Position numbers and translations under genes: made by a program. Positions 1-11,999 of a stretch of DNA of 64,000 bases are shown piece after piece. The stretch lies in assembly GCF_001194135.2 (NCBI RefSeq), contig NC_068981.1:40753884-40817883 (forward strand), given 5' to 3'. Numbering within the stretch: position 1 is the stretch's first letter; every line of letters begins with the position of its first letter. The notes beneath the pieces were generated by a model that worked only from the letters and a program-made list of their open reading frames with translations, searched no databases and was not told the DNA's origin. Source of the stretch: Octopus bimaculoides (taxonomy: Eukaryota).

Positions 1-245
1 CTCTTAATATTTCAGTACAAGATCTTAAATTAAGCGAGTTGGGGTTAACTTAAATAAAAGAAACTATATTGATGTAAATGGTTTCAAAATGTTGGTGGAA
101 AAGAGGATATAGATTTTCCAGTAAACCTAATTAAAGTTGTTCCCCTTCCTTCCCACCCTTTTTGGTTTTTTTTCATTTGTTTATTTGTTACAGAAAGTGT
201 CGCAATTTCGTTGTTCACACCTCCCATGGTACTTTGAATTTTCTT

Positions 246-279
<34 letters not shown>

Positions 280-512
280 GTCTAACCGCTTCATTGCTGT
301 ATTGTAGGTCTAGGTGTACGATTCTTTGTACAAGTATCACTGAGTGATGAAGTAGCGAAAGTAAAAGATAAATATATCAACCTTTGAAAATACCATAGAA
401 TTTGTTGTTCTTAAAAATGAGCAGTTCTAATCAAAATAGTTTTTGTAAATAAACATCGTTTTGTTTTTTATGTAGTAAATTTTAAATGCGAATTTTCGTT
501 TTGTTTTCAAAG

Positions 513-612
513 GCAAATCGTGAAGAGTTTGGCTGTGTTTGGCGGTGCTGTATACTTGGCACGAGTTATAAGTTCTTATGAAGCGTCTATCAAAGCAGAA
601 GCACTTGCATAA
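513..612 (+). CDS. Last coding exon of a candidate TOM6-like single-TM mitochondrial microprotein (QIVKSLAVFGGAVYLARVISSYEASIKAEALA*)
   Basis: ttgttttcaaag acceptor at 512, GTG|gtaagt donor after 626, TAA at 610-612. The peptide aligns ungapped to the recalled TOM6 TM segment NLILNLGLFAAGVWLAR. Upstream exon structure is ambiguous. Confidence 0.5.
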
Positions 613-1277
613 CTTATGCAATAGTGGTAAGTTTTTCAAAAGTACAGGTTTTTGTAAGCATAAGCTTTAATATTGGCGATCGTAAAGACTTTTTGAGGGT
701 TCAATCAAAAATTTAGTCATGATGTTGAGAGGGAAGCAAGGATAAGTTGAATCAACTATGAAGCGTTGGTTGATGAACTCACTTTATGAAATTTAAGTAA
801 TGCACCATATTAAGATAATCATTACCATTTTATGTTCACTTTCAATACAGGCACAGGTTCTATGACACATCATTATGGCCTAAGTTCTTATTTGGAGTTA
901 TTGCACCCCTAGACAGAGCAAAGGATGATGTCTTACACATTCCAGTTTTTAGCATGATTTCTATGGTTGGATGCCATTCCTAAGACCAACTACTTTACAG
1001 TGTATGCTGGATACATTTTATCTTTACTAGCCAGGTGTTTATGTCCTCAGAATAACGTCTGACTAGTCGATATAAAGAACCTCACCCATTATCGAAAACA
1101 AAAAAAAACAGCCTGCTGGATGTTAACAACTGTGTAGAATACGAAAAAAAAATTGCACAAATGAACCTGAGGGGGTGAGGAGAGGACTTTTGGAAAATTC
1201 ACACTGGAATTTTGAATTTGCGATTTTTGAAAAAAAAATGTTTGTAATCAGAATCTCTAGAGCTGGAAACGTAGGAT

Positions 1278-1648
1278 NNNNNNNNNNNNNNNNNNNNNNN
1301 NNNNNNNNNNNNNNNNNNNNNNNNNNNNNNNNNNNNNNNNNNNNNNNNNNNNNNNNNNNNNNNNNNNNNNNNNNNNNNNNNNNNNNNNNNNNNNNNNNNN
1401 NNNNNNNNNNNNNNNNNNNNNNNNNNNNNNNNNNNNNNNNNNNNNNNNNNNNNNNNNNNNNNNNNNNNNNNNNNNNNNNNNNNNNNNNNNNNNNNNNNNN
1501 NNNNNNNNNNNNNNNNNNNNNNNNNNNNNNNNNNNNNNNNNNNNNNNNNNNNNNNNNNNNNNNNNNNNNNNNNNNNNNNNNNNNNNNNNNNNNNNNNNNN
1601 NNNNNNNNNNNNNNNNNNNNNNNNNNNNNNNNNNNNNNNNNNNNNNNN
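1278..1648. other. Assembly gap (others: 8633-8642, 21768-21998, 46693-47193, 50296-50545, 59524-59533)
   Basis: Runs of N. Confidence 1.
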
Positions 1649-1962
1649 TAGTGCAGTTGAGAAAGAAACTACTGGAAACCTGGAGATGCCTTAGTGAGGA
1701 CAATTTATCCACCAGGATAGAGAGTTATAAGTGTAATATTTCTTCAGGAAATATCACAGGAGGTAATGGCATATTGGGTGCAGCTTTTTTGTGCAATTGA
1801 AAAGGATAGTAATATTTTTTTTTACATCCACTGTTCCATGATAGAGAGCACATCTCATTCATACATTCCATTTTGGACAGGGTCTCTACAACTGGACTCA
1901 CTTCCGATCACCTCCCTTATTACAGAATGTACTGGGTGCTTTTTGTTGAGAGGTTGAAGAAT

Positions 1963-2137
1963 GAACTCCTTTTAGTTATTAGAGATCAAGGTAGCCTGTT
2001 GGGTGCTGGTGAATGAACAGAACACAGATAGAGAAGACTAGTCTGACTCTGAAAAACTAAAGTCTTTTTTATATTATCTCTGTTCATTCACCAACACCCT
2101 AGAGGCTACCTAGTCCCCTAATATCTAAGAGGAGTCC
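1963..2137. repeat. Imperfect inverted repeat, 59-bp arms (49/59 matched)
   Basis: 1963-2021 versus reverse complement of 2079-2137. Confidence 0.85.
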
Positions 2138-2771
2138 TGCTTTGCATGCTGTATTAAGAGAAATTCCTGATAGAAAATATTATCTATAATTTTTCCCAAG
2201 CTGTCAGATTATTACAAATGGTTGAAGCTCCTACAACTGTTGGGGAGAAAACATCAGTAGAAAATTGAAGAAATAATTTGGTATGAGCAAAATGTTAATA
2301 GATAACTGAGGTGAGAAATAAAATTAGTTGGGACAGTTTTTCCACATAACACACATCAAGTGTACAATATTTTAAACTCTTGATGTCTCATAGAAAGATT
2401 TTATCAAATGTAAAATTTTGAAAACTTATAAAAGTCTGCTAATCTTTTGCAGGTTCTCTCACGTTAAATTAATGCAGCTGATTCCCAACCTGAATATTTG
2501 TAGAACAGTATGAGCAGGAAGGGAACTACTATAACATAGATAGTTACATAATACTTAATAGAATTCTAACACACTCAGTCCGAAACAGCAGGTGATTTCC
2601 TATACTAATTATACCTATTAGACTGACTAGTAATGTTCTTTTTCCATACTATATGGTTTAGAATTTCTTCAAGCATTTATGATTAAAAAATTATAGTTGT
2701 TAACAAAGAATTGTGTTAAAGAGGCACTTGTCTGTTAGATTTTTCTTAATATTTTCTCTTATTTCTATTAG

Positions 2772-2820
2772 ATATGGGGAAAATTTGGTGTCTGATCTTG
2801 TGATTGACCGAAATTTATTG
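2772..2820 (+). other. 49-nt exon-like segment, probably non-coding UTR exon of the microprotein gene
   Basis: Pyrimidine-rich ...atttctattag acceptor and TTG|gtaagt donor; no recognisable protein. Confidence 0.5.
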
Positions 2821-3317
2821 GTAAGTAACGGTTACGTCCCTTACCCTCATTAACTAAATTTTTGTAAAAGTTCTTTTTTTTTTTCTTTCGAGGTTAATTA
2901 ATGATTAATAAAAACAGGAAAAGAATTCAGGACCCTAAAATTATTACTTAACATCAGATCCTACCAGATCAAGTATACCTATCAAAAGTTTCCTAGTTAT
3001 CATTCCATCTTTTTTTGCTTAGATACAGTGCACCTAAGATCACATTATCCAATGTGTCCTCAAAAGTACATTTGATAAGCACATTTGGTTACTGGGTGCT
3101 ATTTATACCAGATCAATTAACTTTCTTTAAGATGTAAATGTACATAATCATGTAGATTTTTTTTCTTTTTTGTCTGTATTTTACTTTGTAATGCAAAATC
3201 ATTTCTTGTAAAAACACTACCAAATTTAGTGTTGGAGTGATCTGTCTTGCATCATATAATCACTTGGATGTTGCGCGTATGAAACCCACTAATCATTAGA
3301 TCTGACCTCATTGTTGC

Positions 3318-3920
3318 TTTTTTTTTTTTTTTTTTTTTTTTTTTGTGCCGTGGATACATTTTACTGACAATATACATGACACTTTTTCACCAGTATTCCT
3401 TGAGTATTCCATCTCACTTATCCATACCAATGTTGCTTATAAATATTAGAATTTCACTCAACTCATTTCTGTGTCATCTTTTTATGCATGTTAATATCAC
3501 ATGCCCTTACATATCTGAATCTATGTGATATTCAGCCTCTATTTTAGTTCATCCATGTTTACCTTTCACACATGCTAATTTTAGACATGCAATGAATCAT
3601 ACCCACCTCATTTCTCTCCAATTACCCTCAAATCTTTTATGTTCAGTGTCAATGTTTCGTTTAGCATGCAGCAGCATACTTACACATTTTCATAATCTGC
3701 TTTTTGTACTGAGGCAACAGCTCCTTGGGTCTCTTCTACCTTTTTCTCAATCTATTCACTATGATTTTACCACAGCCACTCCTTGGACTGATTAAATTCC
3801 GGAGACAAAAACCTATCAATTACATTTAGTGAGTAGTTTGAACAGTCCATGGATGCCCCTGTTAATTTCTTCTGTACATCTATCATAGAAAGCCCATCAA
3901 GTGTGTCTGTTTTGATGCAT
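3318..3920 (-). mobile_element. Old RTE-clade LINE fragment (RT C-terminal region) adjoining a poly(A) run
   Basis: Frameshifted peptides DVQK..LNVIDRF, GCGKIIVNRLRK.KRPKELLP, ERNEVGMIHCM, HWYG.VR..VKKCH; T-run at 3318-3344 reads as A-run on the - strand. Confidence 0.65.
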
Positions 3921-4182
3921 ATTGGGAGAGAAAAAAACAGTGCTCTTTAAAGTGCTTTACAAAATGTCCTTTGCACCAATTTAGACACACTCCCTTATTG
4001 CCCTTACTAGCAGAGGTGCAGTGAACCAGCTATTCATCCATTGGAAACATAACCAATGGCAATTGTTCACCTGTTGTGTTATAAATCTCTAACCTTTTCT
4101 CTAAAAGATTACTTAAATATTAAATTTGAATTTGTTATATTTTGTCAAACAACAAATTGATTTTTTGCTTTTCTCCCTACAG

Positions 4183-4290
4183 GAAAACCTGATGATGAAT
4201 AAGTTTACCAACTTATTTAATTCCTTTTCGTGTAAATATTTTAATTACTCCTGTCAGCAGTTTTCTATGCAATAAAAAAAAAATCTAATT
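4183..4290 (+). other. Exon-like segment with strong acceptor and AATAAA (4271-4276), probable terminal UTR exon
   Basis: ttttttgcttttctccctacag acceptor; a possible donor gtaaat at 4232 also exists. Confidence 0.4.
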
Positions 4291-4587
4291 ACACTTCTGT
4301 GGATTGGTTTCTTTATTTTTCAATCTTTCATGATTTGCAATACTTCATTGTGGCTCTGGAGTTTTGTAGATACTCAACAGTTGATTAAAACTGAAGTATT
4401 TCTTGGTCTTGTAGAGAGAGGTAAGTCTTTAGGATGCAGCTTTTATTCTTATGTATGTGATATCCAATCTGAATGTTATACCACTGCACAGAATGTTTTC
4501 TTAAAATTATCAAGAGTTACTTGATGCTCAGTTTGGAAAAATTAGTTCCACCTAATTTTTAGCTGTAATATGCACAAGCAAATACTA

Positions 4588-5648
4588 TTGGGTCATCCCA
4601 TGAATGTGTTTTTTATACTTAATTTTATTTTTCAAAATTAAGATGAACAAATTTTAATGTAAATTATACTCTCCTTCATTTTCTACAATGCTTTTCCATC
4701 AATCTGGTAGATTTGCAAGGCCCCTCTTCCAAAATTCACTTGTAAGTGACAAAAAATAATCCAATACTGTTCTTACCTCATCTACAGAATTCATATTTTT
4801 TCTCTCCAAATGATTTTAAAGACTGTGGAATAAATGATAATCAGATAGGGCAGTGTCCAGCAAATATGGTGGATGGAGCATCATTTCCCATTCAAACTGT
4901 TTCAGCCTTTCGAATGTCATCCTCGCTGTATATGGCCGAGCACTATCCTGCTGGAAGAAAACTTTTTTTCTTGAAACCAAAGATGGTCGTTTTTCTTCTA
5001 GCGCTGACTTAAGCCACTCAAGCTGCTCACAGTAGATTTCCTTGTTATCATTTGGTCGGGGTTTAAAAGTTCAAAATGGACTAAACCTTTCATATCTTAC
5101 CAAACAGAAAACATCTTACATGGGTGAGGCCTTTCTTTAGCCTGGGCCGCACATGATTAGACTTGGAAAGCGTGAGGAACCCATTGACCCACAAAGGTGT
5201 CAATGAATGGTTGAATGATCAAATCCAAGCTTTTCTGCTAGTTTCTCAACAGTTACAATGGGATTTTGTTCCACCAGGGTTTGCAGGACATCCTCGTCAA
5301 GCACTAGAGATCTTCCAGGTCGAGGCTTGTCTTCTAGGCTGTAGTTTCTAGAATCACCATTGACACTGGCTTATGTTTATTGTCCGATCCTTGTATACTG
5401 CATTAATATTCCTCGCACTTTCCATTGCATTGTTACCTTTATTGAACTCAAAGTAAAATATACCAAATATGCACCTTTGTCACTTCAATTATAGCTTTAA
5501 AAAATAACTTAAAATTGAACTGCACTAAGAATAAGCACAAGGTAAAATTACTAACTGCTTTTATAGCAAGTTGATACAGGTAGTTTATCCTGTCTCCCCC
5601 TCTGACTTTCATACAATTGAAAAAAACCACATTTATGGGATGACCCAA
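4588..5648 (-). mobile_element. Mariner (Tc1/mariner) element, internally deleted, dead
   Basis: TIRs TTGGGTCATCCCAT.. / ..ATGGGATGACCCAA with TA duplications (4586-87, 5649-50); similar throughout to the 7433-8698 copy. Confidence 0.9.
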
Positions 5649-5679
5649 TATATCAGTATGGATGTTATATATATATATA

Positions 5680-5881
5680 TGATCCTGGCTGGCTCCTGTG
5701 CTGGTGGCATGTAAAAAGCACCCATTACACTCTTGGAGTGGTTAGTGTTAGGAAGGGCATCCAGCTGTTGAAACATTGCCAGATCAGATTGGAGCATGGT
5801 GCAACCACTGGCTCTCCAGACCTCAGTCAAACTGTCCAACCCATGCTAGCATGAAAAACGGGCGTTAAACGATGATGATGA
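5680..5881 (+). mobile_element. Representative of an abundant (GAT)n-tailed SINE or LINE-3'-end family (other copies near 8780, 14160, 26590, 33830, 38130, 39510, 41090, 43220, 43560, 46330, 47195, 52810, 55200)
   Basis: Shared core aaaagcaccca.tacactct..gagtggtt.gc.ttaggaagggcatccagctgt..caacccatgccagcatggaa..gttaaacgatgatg. Some copies carry an internal ~40-bp minisatellite. Confidence 0.85.
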
Positions 5882-6679
5882 TATATATACGAAGAATCGC
5901 TGTTGGCTGAAAGAGTGCTAAATGATCCAGTTGAAATGCTGAACCACACAAGAATGAGAAGGGACTGCAAGTGGTGCTGTGCTGATAGACCTGTCCAAAT
6001 CCTACAAGTATGGAAAATGCAGCCTTGGTCTACGGACATAAAATGATAATGCAATTTTGTTGTATTAAATCTGAACTATCAATTTTGTATTTGCAGCATT
6101 GTATTCTCATTCTTTAACAAGGGAATCTCTGACTGTGCCAAATCCATTAACCTACCATCTTTAATTCTGTAAGGACATTCTGTTGATAATAGACTTTAAA
6201 AATAAAGATACATTTTTGTGATAAGAACACCAAAACTATCACTTTTTCAACCACTCTTTTTAGGCTGCAGCCATGCTGGAGCACGGACTTGAATTTTAAT
6301 TGAACAAATCAACACCAGTGCTTGATTTATTTTTTCTTTTTAACTGGGTACTTATTTTTTTTGGTCTCTTGCGATAGCACTAAGCTGCAGGGACATAAAC
6401 ATACCAACACTGGTTGTCAGGCATTGGTGAGTAGGAAAAGACACGAATATATACATACACTGGGTGCATAAGATATTTGAGAACAGATTTATCTGTTTTA
6501 AGTATAATGCACAGATTGCTATTTTGAAGTAATATTTCTTCCATTGCTAAAAACAGAAACACACACACATATATATAGATATATATGGGATAAATTATCC
6601 TGGCGGATACCGGCTTATTTCATAAACTGGTATAGATGCAGGCTATCCACAACAGCCCAATTACATAGTACTCTAGCAT

Positions 6680-7277
6680 AACTCTTCGTGGGTCAGCAGG
6701 ATTGGAATTACACAAAAGGCCATTGGGGTCCCAAGGGTCCCCCTTTTAATTTTGTGCCTTCCCACACTATCCACAAGGTAATATTTGTTTATTCTTGTAT
6801 ATATGTGTGAGTGCATGATACAGAACAAGAAATTTGGCACTTTATAGGTATATATTTGTAATTATTAGTGCTTAATGGTGGGGAATTAGAATATAATTTA
6901 TTTGAAGAAATCAATATTTTTTATAGTTTTATAAACTATCCATATAGCACTAAATATAAAATAAGACAAAATTATTTAGTATATCAATTCATACCAGTAC
7001 AAATACGAAGAAAATTGTCTTACACTTCATCAGAATACCTAAAAAAAAAAAGAACAAAAAAATAATTTCACAGAAGGCCAATGGGGTCCAGTTTTACCCC
7101 CATTGACCATATTTTATGCTATAACATCCATATGACTGAAAATGTGTACATGCATACATAAACTATTGACAATAAAAGTCATGAGATATAAAATCATTTA
7201 TATAAAAAATGTAAAAGTTGTGTGACTTTTAAATTTTTCTGGGGTCCCAAGAGACCCAGCTTGCCCATGAAGGCTTA
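6680..7277. mobile_element. Possible piggyBac-like MITE
   Basis: Degenerate terminal inverted ends (ctcttcgtgggtcagc / gcttgcccatgaagg-ttaa) and repeated ggggtccca motifs. Confidence 0.3.
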
Positions 7278-7432
7278 AATAGATACTGACACTTGTAAGC
7301 TTCAGTTGTCAGGTGGTTCCTTGTTCCTATTCCGAACTGCAAATATTCCATAGAATATATAATTGAACACTAAGAGGAGAGTTTGAGATGTGAATAAATC
7401 TCCACTCTGCTCTTGGTTTTCAATTGTATATA

Positions 7433-8698
7433 TTGGGTCATCCCATAAATAATGCAGTTTTGTTTTGGGTTTTTTTTTCAAAATTACGATAAAGTTTTTT
7501 AATCTAAAATATACTCTCTTTCATCTACAATGCTCTTCCATCTAGTAGACTTCCAAGGCCCCTCTTCCAAAATTCACTTGTCCATGACAAAAAATACTCC
7601 TCCAGTACTGTTCTTACCTTGTCTACAGAATTCATATTTTTTCTGTCCAAATGATTTTGAAGACTGCAGAATAAATGATAATCAGATGGAACAATGTCCA
7701 GCAAATATGGTGGGTGGGGCATTGCTTCCCATTCAAACTACTCCAGCCATTGGAATGTCATCCTCACTGTATGTGGCTGAGCAGTATCCTGATGGAAGAA
7801 CACCTTTTGTCTTGAAACCAAAGATGGTTGTTTTTCTTCTAGCAATGACTTAAGCTGCTCAATCTGCTTGCAGTAGATCTCCTTTGTTATCATTTTGTTT
7901 GGGTTTAAAAGTTCAAAGTGGACTAACCCTTTCATATCCCACCAACCAGATAACAACACCTCACTTAGGTGAAGATCTTCTTTAGCCTGGGTTGCTCGTG
8001 TTTCTCCTTTCCCTACCCACTTCCTATGGCACTTGACATTTTTATAGAGAACCCATTTCTCATCACCAGTCACTATTCGGTCCAAAGCAAGTTCATTGGT
8101 GAGGCATGACAGCAAAGAAGAGCACATATTCACTCTTTGGAAAGTTTGTGAGGAACCTATTGATCCAATTTGATGACTTTTCTGATGGCACACAGGTGTT
8201 GATAAAGTGTCGAATGACCAAATCCAAGCTTCTCTGCTAGTTCCTCAACATTTATAATGGGATTTTTGTTCCACCAGGGTTTGTAGGATATCCTCATTGA
8301 GCTCTACAGATCTTCCAGGACAAAGTTCATCTTCTAGGCTGTAGTTTCCAGCTCAGAATTTCTGGAACCACCATTGACACTGGCTCACGCTTATTGTCCA
8401 TTCCCCATATACTGCATTAATATACCTCGCACTTTCCATTGCATTGTTGCCTTTATTGAACTCATAAAGCAAAATATGCAGAATATGCTCCTTTGACACC
8501 TCTGTTATAGCTTTGTAAAAATAACTGTTAAAATCGAACTGCACTCTTCAAAACTTGCGCTAAGGATAAGTACAAGGTAAAATTACTACCTGCGTTTATA
8601 GTAAGTTGATGCAGGTAGTTTATTTCACCCCCNNNNNNNNNNCCCAACTTTTAGATCATGCAATTGAAAAACACTGCATTATTATTGGGACGACCCAA
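7433..8698 (-). mobile_element. Near full-length mariner element with disrupted transposase
   Basis: TIRs plus TA TSD; RIVTGDEKW, GWWDMKG, HQDTAQPH (HDNARPH-like) and PYLLDIVPSDYHLF (YSPDLAPSDYHLF-like) split across frames; 10-nt gap inside. Confidence 0.93.
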
Positions 8699-8719
8699 TA
8701 TATATATGTATGTATGTGC

Positions 8720-8756
<37 letters not shown>

Positions 8757-9039
8757 TATGCATATATGTATATATATATATATAGGTATGTATGTATGAC
8801 ATGTAAAAAGCACCATTCAAGTGTGGTCGATGCCAGTGTCAGTGGCACATAAAAAGCACCCACTACACTCTCAGAGTGGTTGGCGTTAGGAAGGGCGTCT
8901 AGCTGTAGAAATCTTGCCAGAACAGATTGGAGCCTGGTACTGCCTCCTGGCTTGCCAGTCCTCAGTCAAACAGACCAACCCATGCCAGCATGGAAAGCAG
9001 ACATTAAACAATGTTGATGATGATGATGATGATGATATA

Positions 9040-9990
9040 CTTTGTTTCTTCACACAGAGAGGAATAAACTTTTCATTAATTCTTTCCTTTATAACTGCAA
9101 CAAGTTCTTTTAAACAGCCTGGCTGCAGCATTGTGCAGAATATGCCCTAGACATCCAACACCTTCCATCGATTCATTCATGCTTTCCTTGAATTTTGAAT
9201 AGACATTATTTGTGCCTATGCACAAACGTCCACCAAAATTAGTATTTGTGTTATCTCCACTAAAAGCTATATATTTCTTCACATCCTGTCCTAACTCAAT
9301 GAGGCTCTCTCTGCAGAAGGTTGCTACTGTTTCCAAGGTCTCATTTGGGAGGGATCTTACTCACAATAATTTTATCGGCAAACCCTTTTCATGTGAAAAA
9401 CATTGCACAATCAACAGGAAAATTTACTCGGCATTGTGGTTACTTGCATCTGTAGATATGCCTTAAGAAGAAGAGTTACTTATATTTTTAACAATCTCGG
9501 CAATAGTGTATGGAGTCACAGCATTTTTTATTATTGCAGCTCATTTAGTCCTAGCACTTGAAAATTTGCATGCAATTTTAGAATCAGGAAATACTGTTGG
9601 TGGTAGTACGTTTGTACAGTCATTTGAACTGAATGACTGATGATGACAGATGATATGAAATGCCATTGCAACTTCTGCAGCTATTATTTTACTTTCTTCA
9701 TCTGAGTTTTTCTTGATCAAGAAGTTTTTTTTTATATCTTACCAGCTTCTTTTGAAGTAGAGGCAATATTACTTTTGAGTTTTGCTGTTTCTATGTGTTG
9801 CTTGATATCAGACTTCTCACCATGTTCAATACTGAAAGTGCAATTACATACACTACAGTTTGCTTCAAAACAGCTACTGCCTTGTTTGATAAATGTCCAT
9901 TAGCTGCAATATTCATCTTGAAATTTACACTTACCTTTTGGCATATGGGGATGGATGGATTGGTTTTTCGGTTAGAAAGAAAGTGAGCCG
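9040..9990 (-). mobile_element. hAT-type transposase remnant
   Basis: Peptides FPDSKIACKFSSARTK, FSGDNTNTNFGG and GVGCLGHILHN (CxxH motif); stops and frameshifts present. Confidence 0.7.
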
Positions 9991-11171
9991 TGGCAAGTAG
10001 GAACACCGGGATCCAAACAAAAGCTCCCTAGGACGAAAGCCCCATAGTTAAAGTGTGAAATTGGAGAAAAGCCACCTCGGTTATATTTTTCAGTTATTTT
10101 TTCATTTTTTTCTTTTTTCTTTTTACTTGTTGCAGTCATTAGACTGTGACCATGCTGGGGCACCATCTTGAGGAACTTCTAGTCGAATGCATCAACCACA
10201 GAATTTTTTTTTATGATTTTCAACCAGCGCATGAGGTTAAGCCTAGAAGGTCTCCCCACATGCTAGAAATAACAGCCAAATCTCTTGAAAATTTTTATAA
10301 CCCCTCGGTTATATTTTTGGTTATTCTTCGATTTTTTTTAACTGCGGCCATACTGGGGCACGGCCTTGAATTTTTAGTCGAATGTATCGACCCCAGGATC
10401 TTTTTAAGGTGATTTTCGACCAGCACATGAAGTTAAGCCTAGAATGTCTCTCCACATGCTAGAAATAACAGCCAAATCTTAAAAACAATTTTTTTAATAA
10501 TTTCACGTAAACAAAAACGGAAAGCGCACTTGTAAAGAAAAAACTTTTATTTTCCAAAATTCCAATTTTTAAGTAAACAAAATATATTCAATAGAAAAAA
10601 AAAAAAAGAACAATAGAAAAGCAGGACACAAGACTCTTTACTACTCAATGTACATATTGTCTGAATTCTAACAGAAGGGAAAGCATTTACTTCAAGAAAT
10701 GTGTGGAAACATAAAAACGATAAGAAGTACGTTTGAACGATAAGCCTTCGGTGTCATAATTCTGATAGACAGGAGAAAGTTCAAAAGATCAGCTCATTCT
10801 CATTAATCTGTAAGTGCTGGGAGAAGAAAACAAAAGACTCAATTTAAATTTTAAAATGCTGATTTCTCTCTGACTAAAAATTCTTCAAGGTGGTGTCCCA
10901 GCACGGCCGCAGTCTATTAACTGCAACAAGTAAAATAAGTTTTAAATTCTGATGTCGATACGTTCAACAAAAAATTATTCAAGGCAGTGCCCCAGCATGG
11001 CCACAGTATAATGACTGAAACAAGTAAAAGGTGATAAAAATAAAAATAAAAATACCTGAAAAATATAACCGTGGGGCTTTTGTCCACTTTCTCACTTTAA
11101 CTATGGGGCTTTTGTCCGAGGGGCCTTTGTACGTGGGGTTTTTGTCCGTGGGAGCGTTTGTCCTACACTCA
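9990..11171. mobile_element. Foldback/MITE-like element with ~160-bp inverted arms
   Basis: 10030-10190 approximates the reverse complement of 10960-11118; GGACAAAAGCCCC-like motifs at both ends; internal direct duplication 10200-10290 / 10390-10480. Confidence 0.65.
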
Positions 11172-11384
11172 GTAACAACACAATTTGTTGACAGTATCAA
11201 GTTGCAAACACATCAGTTTTGTGTAAAGTGCTAGCATCACTAGTTTCCTCGTTACATTTAGGTTTTTTTCATTAAGAGAATATGAAAAAAGAAAGCACAA
11301 TTACTGACAACTAAAAACCGTAAGAAGGTAGAAAAAGTATTTTTTTATTACGAGATTTGAAAATGAACTAAATACAGGACATTT

Positions 11385-11473
11385 GGGGTGTCCCTGAAGG
11401 GTCAGTACGGGGCAGGGGACAAAATTATCAAATATGGGACATATCCCGTATATAAGGGACATCTGGCAACCCT
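11385..11473 (-). mobile_element. hAT-like terminus (AGGGTTGCCAGATGTCCC with GGGACA subterminal repeats)
   Basis: Typical hAT end sequence, oriented to match the transposase remnant at 9040-9990. Confidence 0.5.
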
Positions 11474-11999
11474 TGACAAGTCATTTGTCTGACTCTCTAC
11501 AGGGATTCTACAAGTAGACTGCAATTGTTCCTTACTTCTTCTTCTTTGTTTTCTCGGTACAGATTGAAACCACCCTATCTAGACATTTTATTTCTTTTCA
11601 TTAATTACTGTATTAAAATTATCTATTAACCAATCTTTGAAACACTCGCTTCAAGAGGGTCTTGTATATTATGGATCTTTATGTATGTTTCCCCGTTGTG
11701 CCAACAAATAAAATAAAGAATTATTCTTTTCTATTCTAGGCACAAGGCCCGAAATTTTGGGGGATTTAACCAGTCGATTAGATCGATTCCAGTACGCAAC
11801 TGGTACTTAATTTATCGACCCCGAAAAGATATGACTTCGATCAGGGAAATATTGATGTCTAGCAAAATTACCTTCGTGTGAAGAGTGCCAAATTAGTTAA
11901 CTCCCTTTCCTCGATAATTGTAAATATCTCCTGTAGCAGTTTAGAGTAATATATTAGCAAGTCAGGATATTCCTTCTGGGAAATTAATCCTCTACAAAA

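Noticed and set aside
1175-1712. Long ORFs in the track spanning N runs (also 21672-22214, 46411-47269, 50214-50717)
   Set aside because: Artefacts of translating assembly gaps.
1657-1762. Exon-like open frame right after the gap (LRKKLLETWRCL..GNITG|gtaatg)
   Set aside because: The acceptor context is hidden by Ns and no protein is recognisable; it cannot be supported without RNA data.
3684-3921. Apparent - strand pseudo-exon (78 codons, two stops, GTAAGT donor)
   Set aside because: Adjacent frames give RTE RT motifs (DVQK, LNVIDRF, GC..IV.R..ELLP, WYG.V) similar to the 13.9-kb RTE copy, so it is a LINE relic.
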